From: Phoronis australis
Lineage: Eukaryota; Animalia; Phoronida
NCBI GenBank assembly: GCA_002633005.1
Contig: NMRA01000109.1
Location: 718,624-782,623, forward strand
Reading direction: 5' to 3'
DNA length: 64,000 bases
Within the stretch, counting starts at the first letter, position 1. Each line of letters begins with the position of its first letter. The notes below the pieces were generated by a model that worked only from the letters and a program-made list of their open reading frames with translations, made no database searches and was not told the DNA's origin. Shown piece by piece: positions 12,363 to 27,500 of this stretch. The translations under genes were made by a program, and so were the position numbers.

Positions 12363-15300
12363 GTAAGGTGGTCTTTTAGTCTCTATGGTAAAGTTTCTCC
12401 ATTTTAGAATAAAAACTGTGGGCTTGTGGCATTTCAATTTGTCAAATTTCACAAAAAAGGTAATCGTAAAGAAAGTGCATGTGTTTCTCCACTATTAGCA
12501 TAGTTGTATTGTACAACATTCATTAACCAACATGTTGAAATTCTGGACATTTTTGGCAATTGTATGCTTTTGAATAATGGAAAATCAAAATTCCGGCAGT
12601 TACTTTTGTTCTAATTTGAAGAAACCACAGACCATATTATCAAAACTATGTTTTCTTTCTAATTTCATATTTCTCAGTAACTTATTTCAAAAGGTCTAAC
12701 AATGACAATATCTTTTAGGCGTGGGTTAAAGATACTATCACTCTAACCTGTGTGATTTATTGCTTGGAGTAACTTCATTATACCAAGCAATAATGTTACT
12801 TTCAGTGTTGTGTATTTTCACTTAGCGAAAAGTATTTTTGCTGAGTATTTAACTCTGTCATAATTTTGTTTGTTTGTTTGTTTGCTTGATACAGACCTCA
12901 TTTCTTATCGACTTAAAATGTATAGACAACATTGTGTCATCAATAGCTCGAGGCTTTTTGTTTTTGGTAGGTATTCGTTTCTCTCTCAGACTTATGACTT
13001 TCAATTATTAAATTCTTCATGATTTTCCGACAACTGTGCCTTTGTTGACCATTTTACAATGCACCGTACATTTCTTAAATGAGTGACATGAAATTCACAT
13101 ACAACTTGTTGCTACCCGTGAGCCTGTGGTCTATTCTCTTAGAGATTCAAAATGACACCATGGCAATAATTTTATATTTTAAACTTCTTGTACTCACAAC
13201 TATACCGCCATTTCATTTCCTGAAAATTTACTTGTGGATAGACCTTAGTAAGAGATACTGGAAATTTATCATTCATAACATTACAAGTGACTTACTGTCT
13301 ATTAAGTATTGCTAACAGCTCCTGTGTTCTCAAAGCAAGTAATTTTGGCTTGAAGGACAGTTAACACTCTGAACATGAACAGTAAATAATCACTTTTGTT
13401 GGGCAGTTTGTTGTTATGGCTGAACCTAAAGAAATTGTGCTAAATGGTCACATCCAGAAGATATGTTACAAACATTCACTTCTGGTGTACATTTCCCTCT
13501 GCTCGTTTTCCAACAAAACATGATACACAATAGATTTGGAAGGAAGCATTGTTTACCAAGCATTGTTGGTAGATTTGAGTTGTTAAATGGGTATACAATA
13601 GCTTGGGAGTATTGTTGTTAGAGAACTACAAGGAGCATTCCCTGGGTTCTCTTTACTGAGGAATCCTGTATGTAATGTTGGCACCATGTTAATACTCCCG
13701 GCACACCCCAAGGGAGAAGATTGGGTTGGAATAAGAGCATTTGAATACAGTCCACTGTAGTAAGAGGCCTTCTTGGTTCCAACTTTGTGTATTTCAGTCT
13801 GGTTTGTGTATTGCTCAACTTGATATACAGTTAAGTTGACTGCTTGCTACAGAAGAGCCTGTGGTGATGGCTGACAGACATTTTAAGATGGAAATTTGTT
13901 TTGCACTTTATTAAACAGCATTAAGTTTCACAGTGCTACAGTAAACCTAACTATTCATTCATATGTCCTGTCAAGTACACAGTTTACGCTAACCACTTCA
14001 TTGTTTACAGTGTTACAATTGGCAATTAACAACCCAACAACAGGTGAATTGTTTCAATTAGCTTCTGGTGGTGAATTACCAAGGACTGGGTGTTTATTCA
14101 TTGAAATCAAAATATGGAATTTGACCTTAGTGAAACCTGCATACATGGACACAACATATTGATCAATGGAGGAAAGATGAGATGAGACTGTGATTGGGAC
14201 ACCAACAGATTGTTTGGACAAAGGAAACCATATGCTTAGGTTTACCCTTTGAGTAAATATGCTACACTTCACTCATCAAGGTTCCAGACTTGTTGATGGG
14301 GCTCTTGTAAGCAATAAAATGTGGCAGTATTGACAGAAACATTGGATCTATCATTTTTGGTTAGCGAAGTCTGTATCACATTATAGATATAATTTTTATG
14401 ATTATGAAGTTTAAAACTTTTAGAAGTGCATTAAATTGATATATGGATAAACGTCTTCATCTGCAAACACATGGCTAATTTTTGGACACAGGTCAATTTG
14501 CTGTAGGTTTTATTCCCAGCAAAACATATTTTTGAAACCATATAGCAGCATAAGCGCTTCCATTCACTCACACGGTGGGAATTAATTGTATTTTTAACTC
14601 TCTTAATCATCAAGATTCGCATTCAAGTGGCCACTGTAACGTAATAGAAAGCCAGGCATTAATAGTGAGGAATTGCTATGTAGAAAACCCACAGACAAAT
14701 CCGACTTGTGTGAAATATCATTTTGTAGTTCACACTTGAATGTTTATGTTGGATGTTTATATTATTTTTATACCAACTATAAAAGGTTAACAATAATGCC
14801 TGAATGGAAGCCCTTTGAGCCAACTTAGTGGATTTGTTCAGAGATTTGGTAACAAATTATGTATAGGATTTAATGAATAATAATCATGAAACTGTTTCAG
14901 CAGTATGAAAATATAATTCTGTGTTGAAAAAATTCTTAAAGAGGGAGTAAAGTTTCTCTTTTTTTGATTCAGTGGGGTTAAAACTGAAAAGCCTTTTAAT
15001 ACAGTGGGTGCTGTCGTCTTAAAACTGATCTGTTTTGAGCTGTTTCCTGATGTGACAGTGCTGTTTATAAATATCAATTCAGTTGCTTATTTAACCAGAT
15101 TTGCTCTTACTCAACATTATGCATTATTGGCCAAAACCTAGCATGATTGTCTACACCATAAATAAACCACATAACCAACAGTTAACACAGATCCTACCCA
15201 TCTTGACTTCAACCAGACTGTCCTAATTGGTGTTGATTAGATACAAGATAGGCTGTGCTGATAAGTGTCCTAATGCAAACAGTGGAGTCTGGTGTCAGCT

Positions 15301-16152
15301 TACACTAGACTCCTGTGCCACAATTGGATTGTTTTTGATCTGCCTGCCAAGGAAGAAGCCAAAGAAGTCTGTGTGCCAAATCCTCATACTGTTATCCGTA
15401 CAGAACTATAACTGTTCTGAGACAGAGTCACTGTAGTCAAGCCTTGACATAGCAATGATTTATTTATACATTGAGTTCAGAATTTCTGCTTTGACTGGGA
15501 TCATACCTGAGGTATATGGTTTCATATTATATCTTATGTGTCATACTGAAGTGTTGCTATTTTATAGGCTTACAGCACATGGATGCGCTAGTCAGTTTTG
15601 GGAAAAACAACATTTATGTTCTGTCTGATTGAGGAAAAATATTCCTTGCAATACCCTAGCTAAAGTACAATTTCCTGCCTGCTTCAAGTGCATGTTATGT
15701 TTCCTGTCCTGAGGATGTGGAAATGTTGACTGAAACACCAATATTGTATTTTCCACAGATGTTTTGTCTCTGCATTGGTGTTTTTGGTATGTCAACTGTT
15801 AACTACCAGTGAATCCGATACATTGTCAACATCAAAAATGAGATTTTCCTCAGACGTTTTGCTTCAGCTATTCTGTACAATACTGATTTATGACTGATAC
15901 AGAGTGGCAAGGTCTACTACCCTTGACCAACTTTGCAACATTGGTAACAGAACTTGTGAAAAAAATATTCACCTTAATACTACCTGTACTGTTTTGAAAA
16001 ATGGTTCACCTTATTACAAACAATACCGATTCGAAAAATGGTTCCCGTTATTGCAAACAATAAATTTAATATCCAGCAGTTGTCTTTTGGGTTTACCGTT
16101 ATCTCTACCTCATTTTGTTGCCGTTTCAGCCAAATCATATCACTTGTAAATA

Positions 16153-16352
16153 ATAGTATAAAGACAGTTGTGCATATCATATTGGAAGTATCATAGTATA
16201 AAGACAGTTGTGCATATCATATTGGAAGTATCATAGTATAAAGACAGTTGTGCATATCATATTGGAAGTATCCTAGTATAAAGACAGTTGTGCATATCAT
16301 ATTGGAAGTATCATAGTATAAAGACAGTTGTGCATATCATATTGGAAGTATC
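16153..16352. repeat. Minisatellite, 40-bp unit x5
   Basis: Unit ATAGTATAAAGACAGTTGTGCATATCATATTGGAAGTATC repeated head-to-tail with one substitution. Confidence 0.97.
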
Positions 16353-18369
16353 AATGTGGAACGGAGTCATGTTCTGCCAAATACATGTTTATCAATTATC
16401 TTGCCCCACCGAGAGCAAATAATAATAGAAAAACATGCTATTTTACTTTAGTCTAGATTTTCTGTTACAAAAGCATTTTTTCTTCGTATATTGACAGTTT
16501 TTGTATTGTTTAAAAATACAATCAACTGATATTGCAGTGTTGACAGCAGTTATCTGATCTTGTTTAAACCTGCTTTTTATGTAATCGTAGATTATCACAC
16601 CATAGGTCTGCTGATAATGTACTCTAAGCTATTTTTAATTGATAGCCTGACACCAACTGAGCATAGTTGTTTGCAGAGTTCTTGAATTGCTCGCTGGACA
16701 AACAGTGTAGTGTCTGACTGATTCTAGTCTAGTTTGATGAATGTGTATTTTTTCTCAAACCTTTTGGTGTAGTAGAAATAATATTCAGATCATGTTTATC
16801 GATGTCCTTTTAAAATGTTAGCCTAGTGTCAAATCTTTGAACTCAGACTCGACTTAGGCTCAGGCTCGAATTTTCAAGTGAAAATGAACCCACTTTCCAT
16901 CTCAAAGATTTAACCACTTACCATTATGAAATTGGTCTAGACTGTTCCTTAGTCAAACTGGAAGAGACTTCAGTCCATCCGATGAACTGACAACCATTTG
17001 AGCCCATGTTCATCAATTAGTGTGTTGCTAATGTCAGAATCAGAAATATTTTCAGGATTAATTAATCAGAAATGCTTTTTGATTCAAGACTCGACTCTGA
17101 ATCAGTTTTGAATGACACTGTCACTGTGTACTGACGAGGCTGTTTTCTAAAGGTAGGCAGTGAAACCATATCAAAAACACGTATCTTCTGTTTGACTAGC
17201 AAATACCAGATGAGGCTGCCCTCCATTGCGTGTGGTTGAAATGACTTCACACCGTTTAGGCGACATGCACCCAGTTAGACTCCACTTCATTTACAATAAT
17301 CATTCAATTCTGTACAGAAAATAATTTCTGAATTCAGTTAACCATTATTCAAGGTCTAATTACAAACTATTGACAAGTTCCCAAAAACTTAGTTTTGTGA
17401 TCGTTGCACAGTGGAAACCATAATATTGAAGCAGACGTGGGGCTTTTTCACATTTTCAATATAAAAAAATGTCAGAATTAGATTTGTCCATCACATTGTA
17501 TGACAATGAAAAATGGTATTATATAAAACAGACAGTTATGGTGTTATTGTATGGAATGTGAAATTCAATGTACCACATTCCATACTTTCTCATAACAGTA
17601 CAGCATTAGATATTTTTTCCTGCATCAGTATAGCTGTTGTACGTCGAGAGAAGTATATAATTGCTGGAGCCTGTCTTTCTTTGAGTTTTGGATCAGAATG
17701 AAATTTTTCTGAACTCAAGTGCTCATTTAAACCACATTTTTTGTTCCATCTTGATTGTAGTGTTGAGGTCAGCCATACTATTAACTTAAATGGACATATC
17801 AAGCTGTTTTCAACACAATAGCCCTGTCTGTGGTTTGGAACTTGGGTGAAATATACAAACAACAATGTATTTAATGGCCTAGAAATGTAATGCATACCAC
17901 ACAGTCTCATGGGTCAATGTGCCAATATAATATTAGAAAATTTATGTTATATAGTAGCAGAGACGCTCTTTGATGTGGCAAAAGTTTTGTTCAGTTACCA
18001 GTAGTTTTGACTGAAGAGCTTAAAAAGAAAATTCAAAGGCACTTTATTCACAAAATTTATTGCTACATTCGTAATAGTCTGTACAGGGAGAGATTAATGA
18101 CGTGGATATGTCAGAATACTTAGTAATCTTTCAGACATTACTAAATTTTTAAGGTGATTGAATGACAAACTACTTAAGTTTCTCATCCTGTTATGTTATC
18201 ATCTACCTGCTGGCCACCTGATCTCATAATTCAGTTGTAACCTGACCAACTGGTGATAAAAGACTGAACTAAAGTGTATATTTGTTGTAGGGTCCTTTGC
18301 CATTGTACTTTGAAACTTGCCATTCAAACTGAAGTCTCATATGAGTCCAGTAACATTTGTCTGACGTGA

Positions 18370-18650
18370 GAAAGTGGTATATTCTATACACCTCCTGGTC
18401 ATCAAGCATGTTCGTTTTACTGGCCACTTACCATATTTCCCATACTTGGCCTACCATCCACCTCCAGTTCTGTTATGGACACCTCAAAAATGCCTAATCT
18501 TGTCTGAATGCTCGCATCCCAAAATGTAGTGAACTTTGAGTCAGTTTCAGCGCAACCTTGTTTTATTCTGACCTCTTGTTCTTGTAAAATCGGTCTCATG
18601 ACATTCTTTCTGTGATAGGATTCTGTTTCTGTTACCAGCTCTAGTCACTG
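18370..18650 (-). mobile_element. Possible highly decayed 3' fragment of an RTE-clade LINE
   Basis: Minus-strand translation gives ELEVDGRP, resembling the RTE C-terminal EVDG.RPRGRP motif. It is stop-ridden and lies next to an N at 18652. Confidence 0.3.
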
Positions 18651-21600
18651 TNCTACGGCAATGTTCACAACTGCCATTTTTTTATTCGCAGCTTTAAGGT
18701 TGGCCAACCCTTATAAACTGTGAAGCATTTAGAGGTTGCAACTCTGAGAGCATATTCCAAAATGGAGCATGTACATGACGTCATGGAAATAGAATCTTAT
18801 CATGCATGATAATCAGTTTTATGAGAGTGAAAAACCTAATTGGAGTGCTGTTTTTAGTCATCTGAACTGGATGAAATCCAGGTTTTAATGTAACTGGGAA
18901 TTTGTTTATATGTGCAATGTTTTTCATCTGGGGCATTGTAGTTGCATTGTTGCATTGGTAATAGTGTTGAACCGATTCACCTCCCACACAGTTTTCTCTT
19001 TAAGGCCATTTGCACTCCTGATATCCAACATTCCATGACTTTTCAATATGTCTGAAGCATGGCACTCTTTTAACAAGTGTTTCATGCTGTGAGGAGATCT
19101 TTAAGGTAATACAGAGGTAATTGACTCACAGGAGTCGGGTCTCTTAATGATTCACATATGTTTGACCACTATTTAAAACAATCACACTGCCTAAGAGTAC
19201 ATAGCCAAAAATATCCACACCTAACTTTTGTGTGGACCAGAGCACCTTGGGGTACTAAAACATTTGCTGAATAGATTTCCAAAGAGTGTTAGCAAGTGTT
19301 ATTTTTCCTGTCTGCCATGGCTCTGCAAGGGACCTATTTGGACTCAAGCACTTCACCCCCACCCTTCTCTTTGCAATCTAGTAATACCTAGTGCTGTCCC
19401 AGATTACATGCTGATAGAGCTCTCCTTTGTACCAGAGATAAGAAAGTGTGTGACCTCGTTTTGGGCTCATTTTTGTGTTTCATTGATGTCAGGAAGGGGA
19501 AGAATTTCACATCAGGCATCCACAGATATTTCTCATATTAGAGTTGCAGCCCACAGCAGAGCAGTAACACTTTATTAGCACTGGAAGGATGAACAGAGTA
19601 GTGCAACACAGTAAAACTTGTAAAGCATCCGTCAACAACAAATAATACGTGAAACAAAATGCAGCAAATGTGCCTGACGGATGTTTATGGCATTGTGGGT
19701 AAATACAGTGAGATTCAAGTGTCACTGTGCAATCCGGGACGGCCCTATTGGCTGCCTTCATTAAGGGTTCAGATTTCTTGAAGAGCTTATTAGGCATCAA
19801 ATGTAGAACCATGAAACTATATTTTGGTGCTCACAGAATTTTATTATGTGCGCAAGCATGACACCTAGCTGTCTGGGTTTTTTGATTTATCCCGGAGCTC
19901 GCTATCATTTTCAAAATCATGATTTTTTTGCATGAACCTTAGCAAATTTTATTTTTTCCTCTGCTAGCATGTCTTGGATTTTCTTTATGACCTTTTATTG
20001 TGAGAGCTCGGCTGACAAAAATCAAGACTTGCAATTTTTCATGGAATGTTGATGTCATTTTTGACTTGTTAATTTTCAAGAAATTTTGACATCTTCATTT
20101 TGACAGCGGAGTTCTCAGATGGGAAAAGACATGAAAATTCTAGGCACACTTTTGTTACTAATAGAATAAAGAATCAGAATTTGCAAAGTTTCATGTTTGT
20201 GTGTCCTGTATAGCGGTCGTGTCACTTGCACTTTCAGAGGTGTCATTATAATCCCCGCTAAACCGTCCATGGGCTGACCAATCAAAAGTGTCACTGTTTT
20301 TTTTTTTAAATATTTAGCATGGGGATTAGAAGTGTTTGACTTAGGTCATCCTTACTTCAAGTTGTGTAATTACTCTGCATTTGGTAGCTAATGGCATTCT
20401 GGAGATGCCATGGCCACTGGGAGTGTCTTTGCCTTCAGGTTGCCTTGAAACGTCACTTGTTCATGAAAAAATTACCTCTTAGAATTGAAATATTTGATCT
20501 CTGGTAAAATCTCACCATTTTAGGTCATAACATTTGGATAAGTGAAACTTGAGTTTTTCATTTTTCCATAAAGGATAAGTTAAGTTGCACTAACTAAATG
20601 CTTTGTCATTTTCAGTTCAATACCGTAGCTACCAGCATTACACAACTGGGTATTCACAATGTAGGAAGCCTTTGTAAATGAAGGAAATCTATTTTTGCTC
20701 TTACTTTTACCAAAAATGATTAAAATTTTACCGCAGAGCAACACTGTATTGAAGTGAGAAATTTATGTGCACATTTTATTTCCTGTCTGGTGGTGCAAAA
20801 TGTAAAACTTTCACAATGGAGTTAAATGCACAAAGAGTAATTCTTTATTCTCATATTACGGTCAAATATTTGAAATAAAGTTGAAAATACAATTATCGAC
20901 TATAGAACGGATTCAGTTGGCCAGAAAAGGTCAGTGGTATGCATTTCATTTTTAAATCAGTTATACAAAAACGTCTTTGTTGGTATTAATGGTCTGTCAC
21001 TGGAGCTGGTCTGAGAATCTGTTAAAAGAAAATGTGAATCATCTCCACTTCCATATCTGACTTATTTTTGTTATTGTCTGAGCTGAAGAGTTGCCACTGT
21101 GATTTTGAATGGTGCTATTCACAAACACTTTGACCAATCCAAACAAAGGTGTTTCAAGCTGCAAGTGCTAAATGGTTTACAGTGCCTTACAAGTTGTAGT
21201 CCGAATTTCTGCTAACAAGCCCCCCAAATGTATGGCCTGTGTTCATAATTTTTCTAAACATATAGCCATAGGCCACTTTTAAAGCCTCAATTATAATTCG
21301 ATCAGGGTTTGCAGTGCTTTTCAAGAGAGTTCTTATCGAATGTCAATCAAAACGTGTATTTTTCTCCTGCAGTCTTTTTTAGTGAAGTCAGTTGTCTTGA
21401 AGGCCTTTCTCACTAAGGCCAATGCTTGATTTTTTGGTATTTACTGGAACATCTGTTATCAGGGAAACACTTAAATTTGGTGTAAAGGGGGAGTGTTAGA
21501 GAGTGGGAATGTGTTTAAATTGGTGAGTGTTAGTGGGTAGGAATATTTAAGGTGTTGAAGGAAGTGCCAGTCAGTGGAAATGCTTAAATTCAGTGTTGGG

Positions 21601-21761
21601 TCATAGTTAGCAGCTCTAGTTTATTTTGCAGTAAACAGGTGATTTTGACACTGAAGGGTTGAGTGTTGCAATGGGAATGCTCAACATCTGTATCCATCAA
21701 AGTTATAAGCAGAGAGGACTGTTGTTATCAACAAGTCCACCTTGCAACAACTTCTGACGAT

Positions 21762-22304
21762 GAGAGCGTAGCATTGCGTCCCGGGTTCTATGAGGCCCAG
21801 GTTCTCTATGTCCTGTGTTCCATTTGTCTAAGGTTCTATGTGTGCCGGGTTCTATCTTTCCTGATCTTTTGCGTTATAGTGCTGGTCATTGTCAAATGAA
21901 GCAGTACGCCCTGGAATTTTTTAATGCGAGCTGCATCTTGAAAATGCGATCTTACTGATATGTTGATTCGCTTTGCTGGTCAAGGCTGACCTGGTGTGAA
22001 AGTAACCATTGTCTCCCCTGGAGAAATAGTCTGACCTTCGTGTATTTGAATGAAGCATCCGGGGTAATCCTCTGTATTACACGCCTGCATGCTGGCATTC
22101 AAATACATGCAGCAAGGATATTTTCTACAGAGTGACAATCACAACTACTACACCGGAACACACCTAACTTGAGACTCATAGAACCCGTTTGATGTACAGA
22201 AAGCTGGACACATAAAACCCAGGACATATAGAACCCCGATATGCATACAGCTGGACTTATAGAACCTGGGACACATAGAATCCGGGACACATCAGGATGA
22301 CCCC
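21762..22304. mobile_element. Degenerate foldback element with inverted arrays of ~16-bp subterminal repeats
   Basis: Left array GTCCCGGGTTCTATG-like units (21775-21860) is mirrored by CATAGAACC/GGGACAC units (22177-22292). TSD not resolved. Confidence 0.6.
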
Positions 22305-24309
22305 ATTGACAATAGCGTCACCTAGTGATAACTCCAGTTTGTTGTGTGGATCTCCCGTTTCCGAAAATATACCCCCACCTGAATTATTTCTGGATACCAG
22401 TTTTTTCGAATATACACCATGGGGCTATATGAAATCCCTGTTATGGTTGCTCACTGGACATAGCTGGTACCTTCCTCCAAGGCAATACCTTTATGCAAAT
22501 TTGTGAAGGAGTAAAATGGCTTGTGCAAGTGTAACTGTGGTCCCTGTTACGTAAGCCACGATGTCAAGAAGAGGACTTAGCCTAACCGCTCTCAGCGTGA
22601 ATTTGTTGACGATGTGAATGAAAATAACATGTGCACCATCTTAGTGTATCATTTTATCAAAGCTCTTATTAATACCCGTTATTTAATGACCACTTGTCAG
22701 AAATAAAATTGCTAGTTTCTATTATGGTGTTGTGAGGCTGAAATGTGCATTCTGTTATAACCTCAATGTACATACACAAGTGTCTTTGTCAAAATGTCTG
22801 CATATCATGAATGAATATCTTTTGCGGTTACCTTACCACAAACTAGAATTATAGTTTGTCAGTATTATGAAAGAAAAATACATTTTTAAGTGGGTTGACA
22901 TTAATTTCAAACTTCAGAAACTGTAAGAATTACAGTGATGTTTATAATTCTTTGGTTTGTGTATTTATGATTTTGCTCTAGTAGCAATCAGGAGGGCACA
23001 TTCTGGTTGGAGAAACGTAGTAAAATCTTACCAATTTCGTAAGAAAATAATTATCAAAATTGCTAATTTTTTCATTCTTCAAAGACTTCCAACAATATTT
23101 TTGAATGCCTACAGTTGCTGTGATGTTAACTTTGGTATTGAAATTAGAGATGACATCGCATTTGTTTGGTGCTACATTCCATTTGTAAAAAAATGAAAAA
23201 AGGGTATTTCACTTGCTTATCATATTTTGTCCTAGACTGGTGAAATTTCACCATACTATCGTATCTAAGTCATCACAAAATTACAAAAAATCTAAAACTA
23301 ATAACTTAAAAAGTTTAATTTTACATGTTTGTTTTAAAGCTGTACTTGAAATGCTCAAGCTGGATTTTACCAAATGTTAATTTTTAATTGCTCCTAACAA
23401 GTTAAAACTTTCTTGTATTCTTCATTTTTGTAGAAAATTTTGATAAAATACAGTTCTACTTTTTTCATGTTGGGTGTCCTAAAGAATATCTCACCATTCC
23501 CTTATTGTAAAACAGGACTTGTGGAAGCAGTTCAGGGTGGAGGTGGGAACTGCCTGCTTTGCCTGTGTAAACATTTCATGGACTAAGAGGTGACATTAAA
23601 ATCCAGACAATCTAGGCAGTCACACGGTCCCAAGACACTACCTGTGGAAGACTGGAATGCTATCTTAATTGCAATGTCTACTTCATTGTGAGCATTAGAT
23701 TAGTACAACCTGTGAGATGTATACAAAGGATTGTTATGTAATTTGCACAGCTTAAATGTAAATTTTTAGAGTCCTCCATGTCTCCAAAGTTCTCTGCAAA
23801 TCAAACAGGTACCCCTTCAGCTACTGATTACTTCTGTTTGGATTATGTAATCCAGTAATGGGTGGCTAATTAGCAATCATGCACATTTGAAGTATCCGTT
23901 ACTCAGCATGTGATTGTTTGCTATTAAAGATATTAATGTGTAATATGTTTACAAAATCAGCAACTGATGAAACACTTCTCCCAAATCAGTAAAGAGTTTG
24001 GAAATAAAGATTTGCTCACCGATTAGTCGCTGTACACAGGTGGCTGCTGATTGCGGTTTTATTACACAGTGCTTTAGAGACACAGGAATTTGCACTTTTG
24101 GGACATGTTCGTGACAACTCAAAGTGATAAGCTCTTCCTCGTGCACGGTGCTCTAAAGGAAAATTTTCAATCGTCTTAGTACGAACTCGTATTATTTCTT
24201 TCGACAAAGGTAGTTTCAAAACAGGAGATTCCATTGAAATAAACACACATGTCTACTGCTACAGTCATTCGTGCTGTAAGGAATTACTGCATATTGTAGG
24301 GAATGTCAC

Positions 24310-24540
24310 TTAAGGTTATGTAGGACCCCACAAAAGTCCAAATTTATCTAACTTTGAAGCGTCATATCTTATAAATTACCGACGAGATTCTTAGGAAACT
24401 TTCAGATGTTATGCCTTATGCACTGTTCTCCAAAAGCCTATCAGACTTTGCTAGCATAAACATGAGACATAATGCATTTTTCCTCTGAGAGTAATTTGCT
24501 GTTTTGGTACCTTTTTAACACACATTGGCACATACACTTA
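24310..24540. mobile_element. Possible Kolobok-like MITE
   Basis: TTAA at both ends with short imperfect inverted termini (TTAAGGTTATGT / ACATACACTTAA). Confidence 0.3.
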
Positions 24541-27500
24541 ATGTGAAACAAAATATCACTGTGTAAATGAATTAATTATTGGGGGAGAACATCATAAGGG
24601 CCCCAGGTAACAATGAGTCTGGAGGGAAAGTATGCTGGAAGAACATCAGAACAAAGGACCATTGTGCACAGTTAGTAGTTCTAGAGCACATAACTGGAGA
24701 ATATCAAGATGGGGTAACATCGTTTAGGAGATAGGGAGAACACAGGGGCCGGGAATTATTGGGAAAACCTTGATATACGCTTGTTTTGATTGGTGGGCAC
24801 GATGAGGGCATTGCTCCAATAAGCGTGTATTTACTGTCAACTTTGCCTCCTCATAGTTCAAGTGCACCATTGTCCCAAAACTTTCAAATTTGAGACCCTC
24901 TTGGGTCTTGTGAAATTGCTGTCTTGGTGGATTTCATTCTGATGCCTTCCAAGTTCATTCCATCCTCTCTGGTATGGAAATCAATGATGGCTGTAAACAA
25001 TACAAATGTTTACTTCCTGATAACAGACCTTTCATACCCATGGTCTTATCTCATTTTGGAGTCATTCAAGTGAATTGACCTGTGATGGAGTGACCTTTTT
25101 ATTTTATCAACCCCTGTTATCAGTTCACCAAACATGTGATATGGTTTTAGCTTGCAGTTGTAATACCGAAATGTCCTGTCCAAAACTGTGTTTGTTATGT
25201 TAAACGTTTCCATTTCGTAACATAGTGTGTGAAGTCTAAATACTCATTCTGCAAATGAATCTGCTAGGTGTATGTCAAACACTGGCATACAACTATGAAT
25301 ACTGTAGTCATAATAAGTTTGAAAAAGATTTGTGCATTTTCTGCTTGATTTTTCATGATTTATGCAATGTTTTTTATTCCCAGTTGTACTGCAGACAAGC
25401 AGTACTTCTTTTGTTGAATATAACCCACAAGTTTGGGTACACAAACCTGTGCAGTGTTCCCTATGTCTGACACCATCTGCACACTTGCTTAATGATCATG
25501 TTTCATGGACCATTAAATCCAACACACTGAGAACTCATTATCTTCTTCTATCCACCAACTTGTTGCACAAAAACTCAAAGGACTGTTCCTGTAAAATCTC
25601 ACACAATACGGTGCACATATGAAATTCTATTTTTCTCATTTTTTCATTAAAGACATTACACGCAAAATAAAGACTTTGTTAATCATCAGTTGTACAGGAT
25701 GCCTAACCTTGGACAATGTTTTGAGAAACTGTGGCCATTCACAGCAATGTTAAAAGCCGTTTAAAAATGAAAAGCAACCGATTTTGACGATAAGTTTTGT
25801 CTGAAATTGGTGACATTTTACCGTGCCCGTTTTTTCTGGGCACCAGACGGCAGGGTCTTTTGACATCTTATGTGGGGGTTCCCTTTGGGCAGTGTGTACT
25901 CCTTCACATCCTTTATTAAAGCTTTCTCCTTTGTTCTCAAATCAGTCGTAACGAAATTGATTTCACGGCCAAGTTTTGTTTTGTCAAACCACACAGTAGT
26001 ATGGTTGGACAATAGGGCCAAGCCATATCAAATAGGAGGCATTTATAAAGATTTGGTGTAATGTTCAGTGGTTGGGTAACTTTATATCATCACTATCCAG
26101 GTTAGTTAGTGCAAGCCTTGAGAAAAGAAGTTTTAACACATCAACAGTGATGAAGTAATTGTGGCGGAACACTGTGCCTGAAAGATTTGAAGAGATTTTG
26201 ACAATGAAGCGAGAACTATTACAGAGGTTCTGTATAAAAACTGTGATAGACTACTTCAAAGTGGGTGAGCAATTTGAAATTGCTCAAACAGAAAATTAGG
26301 CAAACATCCTTTTCATATGTGGTGTGTATGCAATTGATTGTATATTAATTACGTGATTGAACATTCTGTTGAAAAATAAACATGTTTAAAAATTATAAAT
26401 TAATTATCATATCGAATTTCATTTGTCCTTATGAATGATTGTTTAGATTAACTTGGTGGGGGCCAAACTCAGACCAATTTCTTGTTTAAGTGTCTTTGTT
26501 CGCTTCAGTAGTGTCCAGTGTTGCGTAAAATGAAGGTCTGTGATGTTTTCAAAGGATGCAATAATTTTAGAACTTAGGTGTTATAATGAATGTTATCAAA
26601 TTTACATCAACTACTAAAACTTCTTAAGTAGCAAGTTTACACAAGGACAGGCTGGTGGATGAATATAGGGGTGTTAACTGGTGCACTTCACTATATTGCC
26701 TATTTAAAATACCCTTGCAGGTACCTCTTACAGAGATCATTCATCAATTTGCACAAAACATTCTAAATAGATACTGGTGGGTTGTATTGAATGTTATTTC
26801 TTGTTTCGTGACTGGTGTGATTGCTGAATAGTGCTGTGCAGTTTTACATGTATACCTTTCGGACTTTTGGTAAGAATTTGGGAATAGCAATAACAATCAA
26901 TAAATGAGTTTTCTGTTGTCCCTTGAAGAAAAAATGTAAACTTGTGGACTTGTAAAAATTGCAATTTGAGACAAAATTAATTGCCAATATTAGCGTTCTT
27001 TCTTTTTCAAAGGCAGACTTTTACTCAAATTTTTACCAAATGATGAATAGTAACAGCTCTAGAATGAGATGATCCCGTTTTTTAAGGAAAAATGCCCGCT
27101 AATCCGTGATAGCATGCAGACAGCATTATTTGGTTGTGTCTGTGCACCCCCCAACTGCACCAAGAATGCATTATTCAAACTATGAAAATTCTGAAATCCA
27201 AGCTTTTCAAACAATTAAGTTTTGTGAGGGAGCGTGACAAAAGTAACTGACAAATTTTTACCGTAATTTTTATGTCAGTGTGTGGTAGCTCTGCACCTTA
27301 AGAATTACAAATGCCATCTTATATAACTATGGTTGTACATCTAACCACTTAAGCTTAATGTATAGGTTTTAAATTGAACAAGTGCTCTTGCTAGAAAACA
27401 CCAGACACTTGGTGACATCTCAAGAGTTAAAATGGTGTAGGGATTAACTGTTTGCTCTTGGGTTAAAACTTGTAAGATTTTTTCAAAGCAAATGAAGGAA

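Noticed and set aside
12363-12379. ORF-track stop at 12379 as the true C-terminus
   Set aside because: It is read-through into the intron. The GTAAGG donor and in-frame exon 2 complete the repeat.
16153-16352. CRISPR-like appearance of the 40-bp repeats (and the 75-bp repeats at 39969)
   Set aside because: The units are contiguous with no unique spacers, there are no cas genes, and the context is a eukaryotic intron.
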